Below are positions 32,737 through 40,537 of a DNA stretch of 44,394 bases, in pieces. The stretch comes from an uncultured Brevundimonas sp. (lineage in GTDB: Bacteria > Pseudomonadota > Alphaproteobacteria > Caulobacterales > Caulobacteraceae). Below the pieces are notes generated by a model that worked only from the letters and a program-made list of their open reading frames with translations, did no database searches and was not told the DNA's origin. The position numbers were made by a program, and so were the translations under genes. Location of the stretch: NCBI GenBank assembly GCA_966210875.1, contig CBIHLR010000001.1:1-44394 (forward strand). Direction: 5' to 3'. Numbering within the stretch: the first letter of the stretch is position 1; every line of letters begins with the position of its first letter.

Positions 32737-34221
32737 ATGAACAAGCCCGCAAAGGACCTCGACTGCTGTTCGGGTACCGCGAAAAAATCCGGCCATGCGA
32801 GTTTCGACGTCGCCGTCATCGGCGCGGGGTCGGCGGGATTCTCCGCCGCGATCACCGCAGCCGATCTGGGTGCCCGGGTGGCGCTGGTCGGCCATGGGAC
32901 GATCGGCGGCACCTGCGTCAATGTCGGCTGCGTCCCGTCCAAGACATTGATCCGGGCCGCTGAAGCGGTTCATGCCGGCCAGGCTTCCCGTCGGTTTCCC
33001 GGCCTGGGGGGCAGCCTCAAGCTGGAAGACTGGGCTGCGCTCGCGGCCTCGAAGGATGAGCTGGTCGCGGGTCTGCGGCAGAAGAAATATGTCGACCTGC
33101 TGCCGGCCTATCCGGGCGTGACCTATGTCGAAGGCCGGGCGCGCTTTGTCGACGGCAGGTTGCTCGTCGATGATGCACCGATGCCGGTCGGCAAGATTAT
33201 TCTGGCGATGGGCGCGCGCGCCGCCGTTCCCGAAATTCCGGGGCTGGATAGCGTCCCGTGGCTCACTAGCACTTCGGCGCTGGCGCTTGAACGTTTGCCC
33301 CGGTCGCTGCTGGTGATCGGCGGTGGGGTAGTCGGTGTTGAACTGGGACAGATGTTCGCCCGGCTTGGCGTGGCCGTCACGATCTGTTGCCGCAGCCGGC
33401 TGTTGCCCGACATGGACCCGGAGTTCAGCGTCGCCCTTAAGACCTATCTGGAGGCGGAGGGTATCAGGGTGTGCACCGGGGTCGGCTACCAGCGGATTGT
33501 GCACGCGAAGCACGGGATCGAACTCACCTGCGACCGTCCGCCCGGCAAGGGCGCGGCGCGCGACCGGGATGCGGCGGTCGAGGTCATCGCCGCAGAGCAG
33601 GTGCTGATCGCGACGGGCCGCCAGCCGAACAGTGACGGCATGGGACTGGAGTCACGGGGCGTCGCATTGTCCCGCCATGGCGGGATCGTCGTCGATGCCC
33701 ATCTCGAGACCACGGCCCCAGGCGTCTACGCAGCCGGGGACGTCACCGGGCGTGACCAGTTCGTCTATATGGCGGCCTATGCCGCGAAGCTGGCCGCGCG
33801 CAACGCCGTCGGCGGCAATGACCATCGCTACGACAACAGCACCATGCCGGCGGTGGTATTCACCGACCCGCAGGTCGCGAGTGTCGGCCTTACTGAAACG
33901 GCGGCTAGGGCGCGCGGACTGGATATCAAGGTGTCCTTGCTCGCACTCAATCAGGTGCCCCGGGCACTGGCAGCGCGCGACACACGCGGGCTCATCAAAC
34001 TGATCGCCGACAAGACGACGGACCGCCTTCTCGGCGGGCAGATCATGGCCCCCGAAGGCGCGGACGCAATTCAGACGATGGTGCTGGCGATCAAACACGG
34101 CATGACGGCCGCCGAGCTGGGGGCGACGATCTTCCCCTATCTGACCACGGTCGAAGGTCTGAAACTCGCCGCACAGACCTTCGACATGGATGTAGCAAAG
34201 CTCTCCTGCTGTGCGGGGTGA
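32737..34221 (+). CDS. merA: mercuric reductase (no NmerA domain)
   Basis: GGTCVNVGCVPSK, QFVYMAAY, FPYLTTVEGLKLAAQTF, C-terminal KLSCCAG. Confidence 0.95.
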   Translation: MNKPAKDLDCCSGTAKKSGHASFDVAVIGAGSAGFSAAITAADLGARVALVGHGTIGGTCVNVGCVPSKTLIRAAEAVHAGQASRRFPGLGGSLKLEDWAALAASKDELVAGLRQKKYVDLLPAYPGVTYVEGRARFVDGRLLVDDAPMPVGKIILAMGARAAVPEIPGLDSVPWLTSTSALALERLPRSLLVIGGGVVGVELGQMFARLGVAVTICCRSRLLPDMDPEFSVALKTYLEAEGIRVCTGVGYQRIVHAKHGIELTCDRPPGKGAARDRDAAVEVIAAEQVLIATGRQPNSDGMGLESRGVALSRHGGIVVDAHLETTAPGVYAAGDVTGRDQFVYMAAYAAKLAARNAVGGNDHRYDNSTMPAVVFTDPQVASVGLTETAARARGLDIKVSLLALNQVPRALAARDTRGLIKLIADKTTDRLLGGQIMAPEGADAIQTMVLAIKHGMTAAELGATIFPYLTTVEGLKLAAQTFDMDVAKLSCCAG

Positions 34222-34300
34222 AGCGAGCAATTTGGGCCGCTGCCTCACCCCCGAGCATCAGGTGACGGTCGGGTAGTGCATCGCGGCGGAGAATGTTGTT

Positions 34301-34477
34301 GTCCGCAATAGAGCGGATTCCCGTGTTTGGCACTCGGAGAGGTCACAGGCATTCGATAGCCCGGAGCCTCGATTGGAATGTCGTCTTGTTGGCGGGCAGT
34401 TGGTGTCCGCTCTTGGCGCTAAGGCGACCAAGCCAGATGGCCGGCCGCGGCGCGCCAACTATGGGTGGACAGCTGAC
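34301..34477. repeat. three junction palindromes (GTCCGC-type)
   Basis: GTCCGC-AATAGAGCGGATT-CCCGTG (34301); GTCCGC-TCT-TGGCGC-TAA-GGCGAC (34405); GCCAAC-TAT-GGGTGG-ACA-GCTGAC (34454). Confidence 0.6.
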
Positions 34478-34589
34478 GTTGCCGAGCTACCGCGCCCTGG
34501 CCTTCGACGGTTGCGACGCTGGCCGGAGGCTTCGCCCCCCAACAGCAAGCGGCCTGGAGGAACAGCACGCTAAGATGCCATCGCCGCGG

Positions 34590-35405
34590 TTATCGCATGG
34601 AGAACCAAAATGCACCCGCGCCCTCGTTCGCTCCGCGCTTGTGAAGCTTCGACAGTAGAGGGTCGGCATCTGCACGCAGACCTGCTGTGACGGCGCAATG
34701 ATAGGCCGGAAACTCAATCTGCAGCCGGTCTCCAGCCAGCAGCCACGCGGCTAGGAGATACTGTTCATTGTAGAAGCGTCTCAGCCATGCCTCTGGATAA
34801 TCGTGGGGAAGAAAAATGTCGTGAATGCCAACCCATACGCCCGGTTTTAGGCGTGGAAGGATTTCAGTAAAGAATACGGTCACGTCGCTGTTCTGAAAAG
34901 CCCGGTGACTGTTGTCGCAAAATAGGATGTCGCCCTGTTGAAGACGGTCGAACACCGTCAGATCGCAGTCTTCCAATGGCCGCCGGACCACTTCATCACA
35001 GATCAGGTCCACATCACTTCGCGGATGAGGGTCGATAGACACAATGTGTGTCGTCAGATTTTGGTCGCGGATCGCCTGTCGAACAAACTTGGTCGACATG
35101 CCAGAACCGATCTCGAGGTATAGAGCTGGTCTTAGGATGTTAGTGAAGCCGTACAGAGATACGGCATCGAGCGCGGGCATCCAGTCGTTCCGCCAGCACG
35201 GAATGCCCTCGCCAGATTGATCTACCGGGATGCGACTGAGAGCATCATCTAGTTCTTGAAAGCGTCTGAGATAGCCCCTGTAGCGCTCATTATCCGCGCT
35301 GATCCTTTCGACCAAGAATGGATGTGGCGCGGAGTCCCAGCCGAAGCGAACGGCAGGTCGCACCGGGAACTCAAGATCGATTCGCGTATATTTTTCCGTG
35401 CTCAT
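34590..35405 (-). CDS. class I SAM-dependent methyltransferase (Methyltransf_24-like)
   Basis: LEIGSGMST, SIDPHPR, GDILFCDNSH, GIHDIFLP, YNEQYLL; visibly AT-richer than the host genes. Confidence 0.85.
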   Translation of the reverse strand: MSTEKYTRIDLEFPVRPAVRFGWDSAPHPFLVERISADNERYRGYLRRFQELDDALSRIPVDQSGEGIPCWRNDWMPALDAVSLYGFTNILRPALYLEIGSGMSTKFVRQAIRDQNLTTHIVSIDPHPRSDVDLICDEVVRRPLEDCDLTVFDRLQQGDILFCDNSHRAFQNSDVTVFFTEILPRLKPGVWVGIHDIFLPHDYPEAWLRRFYNEQYLLAAWLLAGDRLQIEFPAYHCAVTAGLRADADPLLSKLHKRGANEGAGAFWFSMR

Positions 35406-35744
35406 TCGGCATTTGAAGCCTTCTGACTCGGATTGCAACGCTGGTTCGCGGAGCAGCCGATGACGACGTACATGTCGCGAAGGTCAAACCAATCTCCGGT
35501 CCAGCGCGCTGCATGGCGTCGCTTAAGCCCAAGCAAATCTGGCGATCCGACAGCAGCTGAAAGTCTCGAGGGGGTGCGCAATCTCGCGATGTACTGCGCG
35601 CTGGACGCGCTACTGCGGGCTTGCGACCTGATTCAGGATAGGCCGAAGAAACCAGATTGCTCAATCGGCGTTTCAAGGAAGCGCCGCTTCCCCCCGCAGC
35701 GCAATCCGCACCACTCCAGACGCGGTTAGTCAGCCAAGCGATCG

Positions 35745-35783
35745 CGCCCCCGGTGAGTCCCGCCGGGGGCGTCTTTCGTTTTT
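35745..35783 (+). terminator. rho-independent terminator with no clear upstream gene
   Basis: CGCCCCCGGTG-agtcc-CGCCGGGGGCG followed by TCTTTCGTTTTT. Confidence 0.65.
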
Positions 35784-36018
35784 CAGGAGGGCGGCGGACA
35801 TCGCGAACCCGTCCGCTGGACGCAGAGCAACGCCCCGGCGTCGATCCGAGGCGTTGCCCTACCTGACAGTCTCACCGCGACCGCTCGGCATTGGGGAACG
35901 AAGAAGTCGCGCCCCACAAATGGCTCAAGGCCGGCGCGGCTCCCGCGCAGATTGAATGTAAAAATGCGAAGAGGTGCAAACTCTTGACGGTCCGCAGAGT
36001 GTGACCTAACGCGCACAA

Positions 36019-36381
36019 ATGATCGATCGTCGCCCGCTTGTCCTTCTCGTCGACGATGATCCACACGTCCGGCTCGCAACGGAGATGATGCTCGACGACC
36101 TGGGGTGTCAGGTTCTCACCGCCAGCTCGGCGATGGAGGCAGTCGTGCAGTTGGCGGGGCCTCTGGGTAGTTCGGTGGACGCGGTGCTGACGGACGAGAA
36201 GATGCCGGGGCAGACCGGATCCGAGTTGCTGATGACGATCAAGGAGCGCTGGCCTGGACTGCCGGCAGCGATCGTCAGCGGCTATGCTGAGAGCTTACCG
36301 GAGGGGGTAATCAGGCTGTCCAAGCCGTTCGGGACTAAAGAGCTTGAGAGCCTACTTCGCCGCCTGAGCATCGCGATCTAG
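36019..36381 (+). CDS. single-domain response regulator
   Basis: VLLVDDD, VLTDEKMPGQTG, IVSGY, LSKPF. Confidence 0.88.
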   Translation: MIDRRPLVLLVDDDPHVRLATEMMLDDLGCQVLTASSAMEAVVQLAGPLGSSVDAVLTDEKMPGQTGSELLMTIKERWPGLPAAIVSGYAESLPEGVIRLSKPFGTKELESLLRRLSIAI

Positions 36382-36604
36382 ACGATCGGCGCGCGAGGTG
36401 GGCACGTTCCCGTCGCCGCGTAACGGGCCGCGACGTCCGACCCCGCCCATCGACCCGCGCTTCCACCCGTAGAAATGAAGAACGCGGCGCCGCAGAACCA
36501 GCCTACCGCGTCGTAGCCGCGAACAACCGCGGATCGATTTCACCGCTCAAACGCTCTGGGTCATTGTAAGCGCGAACCGGCATTGCCGGAGGGAAGCGGC
36601 CTCG

Positions 36605-36811
36605 ATGCCACTCACGATCATCCTCGCGACGGGAAGAAGGCGAGCAGAGCTCGAGCCGTGGGAACGCGGGCTGGAGTCGGCCAAAGTCCACGGCTGTTTT
36701 CAGGCAATAGCTCTAGGGTATGAGGAGGTGCTTATTGCCGATGCAGAGGGTGACATTGTGTGGCGTGCAGAGGCTGACGACGCCAGCGACCACACCCGCT
36801 TATCGAGTTAA
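36605..36811 (+). CDS. small hypothetical protein
   Basis: 68 aa; RBS GGAGGG; VLIADAEGDIVW beta-hairpin-like segment. Confidence 0.5.
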   Translation: MPLTIILATGRRRAELEPWERGLESAKVHGCFQAIALGYEEVLIADAEGDIVWRAEADDASDHTRLSS

Positions 36812-36868
36812 CCTCGAGGCTTAGTTCTGCGGAAAGGCCTTAAGGAGAGACTCGCGGCGGGAGCCCCG

Positions 36869-37237
36869 ATGCCATCTCGCGCAAACTTCTATCCAGACCT
36901 GCCGGACTCGGAAGAGCACGTCGTCGTCGCCAATCAACGAAGGCTTCCGCGCGATCGGATCGCCATCCCGTGTGAATTGATCCACGGACCGTGGGGGGAG
37001 AGAGCGCAGGGAGTGGTGCGCGATCTGCATGATGAAGGCGCGCGGATCAGGTGTGCGTCACCGGCAATCGCCTCAGATCTGGTCGAGATCAGCTTCTCCG
37101 GTCAATCCCGGAAAGGCGCTGTTGTCTGGCGCAGTCGGTGGGAAATCGGAGTGAAGTTTGCCCAGCCCAATAACGACGTAGCGGACGATCAAATCCGGGC
37201 ATTGCGCGAGAAGCTCCGGCAGATGAGGGGCTCGTAA
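36869..37237 (+). CDS. PilZ domain protein
   Basis: QRRLPR (RxxxR) and DLHDEGARI (D-x-S-x-x-G variant), VVWRSRWEIGVKF; RBS GGGAG. Confidence 0.8.
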   Translation: MPSRANFYPDLPDSEEHVVVANQRRLPRDRIAIPCELIHGPWGERAQGVVRDLHDEGARIRCASPAIASDLVEISFSGQSRKGAVVWRSRWEIGVKFAQPNNDVADDQIRALREKLRQMRGS

Positions 37238-37357
37238 GTCGAGTCTGCGCAGCACGCGCTTGCCGATCACGCCCCCTGCTCAGCCCCTAGGACGGTCGCG
37301 AGACTACGGAAGCCGCCTGGTTGTGGTCGCGGATCGAGCGATTGGCAGCGCCGGGCA

Positions 37358-37381
37358 TGGCGCTTAGGGCGGAAGGCGCAG
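37358..37381. repeat. degenerate junction palindrome
   Basis: TGGCGC-TTA-GGGCGG-AAG-GCGCAG, 5 bp from the stop codon at 37387. Confidence 0.4.
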
Positions 37382-37386
37382 TCCCG

Positions 37387-37791
37387 TCAGATATGACCCA
37401 CCTCTCGCAGCGCGTCCCGGGCGGCTTTCAGGCGCACTTCCGCTAAAGTGAGGCCCTTGCAGATCGACGATCGGCTCATCGCGCCGGCTCCGTATCGCTC
37501 CTCATAATGTTCGATGCGCGAGGCAAGGAAATCGCACCAGCCGACCTCGAGCGTGATGAGCATCCTGGAGGTCGCCAAATTGGCCGCTCGCTGACCGGGC
37601 CCTTGGTTTGGGAACGGGTAAGGTGGCGGGTTCGCTAGCCCCTGTCGTAAAGCTGCTGCGTAGGCGCGCAGATCCTCCGCGGCTGAGCCGTTGCTTTCAA
37701 TCACATCGCGGACTTTCGCCAACGCGACTGCTTCGATTTCCAAGCGCGTCATACGCTCAATGTTGAACTGCGCGGGATGCGGATCAGTCAT
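37387..37791 (-). CDS. hypothetical protein (134 aa)
   Basis: MTDPHPAQFNIERMTRLEIE...; RBS GAGGAG upstream. Confidence 0.6.
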   Translation of the reverse strand: MTDPHPAQFNIERMTRLEIEAVALAKVRDVIESNGSAAEDLRAYAAALRQGLANPPPYPFPNQGPGQRAANLATSRMLITLEVGWCDFLASRIEHYEERYGAGAMSRSSICKGLTLAEVRLKAARDALREVGHI

Positions 37792-37945
37792 CTGCTCCTC
37801 CGGGATGCGTATGTGCGTGGAACATGAGCGCCTTACGCGAGCGAACGGCAACGAAATCTCGTGCAACCGTTGATCCTGACGGGGGCTTGCCGATGTTTGG
37901 GCATCCGCCAATGCGGGCCGAGTCGATTGGCGATCCCCTACCGAA

Positions 37946-38633
37946 AGCGTTGTCAGCTTAACGGCCGCCAACCACAGGCAGCCCTACCCTTCTCGATTAG
38001 GCCGTAGCGGCCGCCCACACGCCATGCGCCTCGGCACGAAAGCGGCGGAGGGTGTCTCGGCTGATCAGGTGTCGCTGGGCGTAGAAGGTGTTGTAGACGG
38101 CGGCGTGGGTGGTGAGGAAACGCTGGGCTGAGGCCTGGCTCTTGAACAGCTGCATCTGCCGTTCTCGTCGTCGGATGGGCAGGTGCGAGTTCTCCGCCCT
38201 GTTGTTCTCCCGTAATCGGCCAGGCCGATGCAGGTGCAGCAGGCCAAGCTGGTCCAATGCTGCCGGATAGGACTGAGGGCCATCCGTCACGATCGCCTCA
38301 GGCTCGACGGGCTGGTTGTGTAGCAGCCGACGGAGGAGTTTCAGGGCGGCCTCGGTGTCCCTGCGCTTCTGCACCACCAGATCTAGCACCTCGCCTTCGT
38401 CGTCGACGGCTCGCCAGAGGTACATGCGTTTGCCGCCGATGGTGCAGACCACCTCATCCAGATGCCACCGCGGCGAAGGCGCATGGCGCCGGCGCTTCAG
38501 GTTCCTTGCGATCTGCGGACCGAACTTGGTCGTCCAGGACCGGATGGTCTCGTAACTCACGTCGACCCCGCGCTGGGCGAGCAGCTCCTCGACGTCCCGG
38601 AAGCTCAGGCTGAAGCGGAAATACAGCCACACC
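37946..38633 (-). pseudogene. IS6-family element, 5'-truncated copy
   Basis: Transposase residues VWLYFRFSLSFRDVEELL...WHLDE...YLWRAVD...IVTDG...NNRAENSH, stop at 37997. Right IR AGCGTTGTCAGCTTAAC at 37946. The N-terminus is replaced by the second copy's IR. Confidence 0.88.
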
Positions 38634-39450
38634 AGCGTTGTCAGCTTAACCGCGGTCCGCCAGGCACAGCCCCTCCCCTGCCCGCTCACGCCGCTGCGGC
38701 CGCCCACACGCTCTGCGCCTCGGCGCGGAAGCGTCGGAGGGTGTCTCGGCTGATCAGATGTCGCTGGGTGTAGAAGGTGTTGTAAACGGCGGCGTGGGTG
38801 GTGAGGAAACGCTGGGCGGAAGCTTGGCTCTTGAACAGCTGCATCTGTCGCTCTCGTCGTCGGATCGGCAGGTGCGAGTTCTCCGCCCTGTTGTTCTCTC
38901 GTAATCGGCCAGGCTGGTGGAGATGCGTAGCCCGAGCACGTCTAGCGCTGCGGAGTAGGATTGCAGGCCATCGGTGACGATCGCCTCCGGCTCTACTGGC
39001 TGATTGCGCAGCAGACGGCGCAGCAGTTTAAGGGCGGCGTCGGTGTCCCGGCGCTTCTGGACCACTAGATCCAGAACCTCGCCCTCATCATCGACAGCTC
39101 GCCAGAGGTACATGCGCTTGCCGCCGATGGTGCAGATGACCTCGTCCAGATGCCAGCGCGGAGAAGGCGCATGGCGGCGGCGCTTGAGGTTCCTGGCGAT
39201 CTGCGGACCGAACTTGATCGTCCAGCAGCGAATGCTCTCATAGCTGATGTCGATGCCGCGCTGGGCGAGCAGCTCCTCGACATCACGAAAGCTCAGGCTG
39301 AAGCGGAAATACAGCCACACCGCATGGCGGATCACGTCCGCCGGGAAGCGGTGCCTCTTGAACGAAAGCGCTTTCACGAACGAACCCAGCCTCATAAGGG
39401 CTCTCAGGCAGCCCTCAGTGGAGACTTGTTAGCGTTAGACTGACAGCACC
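38634..39450 (-). mobile_element. IS6-family element (about 817 bp) with frameshifted transposase
   Basis: IRs AGCGTTGTCAGCTTAAC (38634) and GTTAGACTGACAGCACC (ending 39450). FKRHRFPADVIRHAVWLY start; 1-bp loss near 38925 relative to the first copy; stop at 38686. Confidence 0.88.
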
Positions 39451-39620
39451 CCGCCAGGAGCTCAATCCTGTGATCCAGCTTCTTCGCGCTGAGATCGCCC
39501 GACGCAACACACGCTGGACCTGGTGAGCAACCGAAGGCGCAGTCGGAGACCAGAGTTGACCGCCTTCTATTCTGTCCTTCACACCGGCGCGGGAGGCGGA
39601 CACCGCCCGCGGCCGCGAAC

Positions 39621-39717
39621 TTCCGCTTCGCGGTGGGAAGCCAATGTCTGCTCCTGGCGCGGTGCTGACGCCGGTTCCCGCGCGACCCTCAAGGTCAGCT
39701 ACGGGCGGAAAGCCGCC
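39621..39717. repeat. three junction palindromes (GTCCGC-type)
   Basis: TTCCGC-TTCGCGGTGGGAA-GCCAAT (39621); GTCTGC-TCC-TGGCGC-GGT-GCTGAC (39646); GTCAGC-TAC-GGGCGG-AAA-GCCGCC (39694), directly followed by the stop codon at 39718. Confidence 0.65.
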
Positions 39718-40515
39718 CTACGCCCCCGCCAGCTCCAGCAGCCGGTCGGTCGCGCCCAGATCGACGCAGTCGCCATATTGCTCCCGGATTAGCGCGCCCC
39801 CTTGATGGAGCTCCGCCCTGCCTTCCAGGATCTGGGCCCGGATGTCGTCCCCTTGGGGAAGCGTCAGGGCCCCCTCGATGAACTGATCGGCCTGGATGGC
39901 GGCCAGACCCTGGTGCCGGTCCAGTAAGGCCAAGGTCCGGAGCAGGTCCGCCCGCACTTCCGCGTTCAGGTCCGCCCGCGGGAAGGCCAGCGGCGCCAGG
40001 CCGGCGATCGCCAGGAATTCGTTGTCGTTGGCCTCGCCCTGTGTCCGGATCTGGGAAAACAGCACGGCATACGCGTCCGCTCGCTCATGAGGAATGCGCT
40101 TGAACGCTTCGCTGCCCAGCGCGCGGTCAAAGGTGTAGGTCGTCCACAGGCGTGTCGGCGCGCGATAGGGCGTGGGCAGGGCGAAGCTGATGCTGCCGTT
40201 GGTCGCGCCCGGCGCGGCCGCCAGCGCGCCGCCCGGCGTGCTGACCTGCTCCGCCATCGAAGACAACCTCTCGACCAGACAGGGCGTGACGACCTGCCGT
40301 TCCCAGCTCGCCCCCACAGCCGAGATGATGTCGGCGCGTAACGCAGCCTCCAGCTCCCGCGCGTCGCCACGCAGCCGGATTTCCTGGACCAGATTCTCCA
40401 GGCCCAGGGCGATCATCACGCCGAACACCACCACCGTCAGTTCGACCAACCGCTGGCGGCTCATCGGCCACTTCAGCCGCCGCTTCGGCGCCTCCTCGAT
40501 CTCAGGTTCCGACAT
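39718..40515 (-). CDS. hypothetical membrane-anchored protein
   Basis: 265 aa; ELTVVVFGVMIALGLEN N-terminal TM helix; RBS GGGGGAA. Confidence 0.75.
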   Translation of the reverse strand: MSEPEIEEAPKRRLKWPMSRQRLVELTVVVFGVMIALGLENLVQEIRLRGDARELEAALRADIISAVGASWERQVVTPCLVERLSSMAEQVSTPGGALAAAPGATNGSISFALPTPYRAPTRLWTTYTFDRALGSEAFKRIPHERADAYAVLFSQIRTQGEANDNEFLAIAGLAPLAFPRADLNAEVRADLLRTLALLDRHQGLAAIQADQFIEGALTLPQGDDIRAQILEGRAELHQGGALIREQYGDCVDLGATDRLLELAGA

Positions 40516-40537
40516 CGGCTTCCCCCCTATCCTGATC

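Noticed and set aside
35470-37920. Further degenerate palindrome copies near 35473, 36434-36477 and 37895
   Set aside because: Too diverged to distinguish from chance in GC-rich DNA without a scored model.
37997-38707. Intact 236-aa IS6 transposase as given in the ORF track
   Set aside because: Its first ~25 residues are read through the neighbouring IS end; the true N-terminus is missing.
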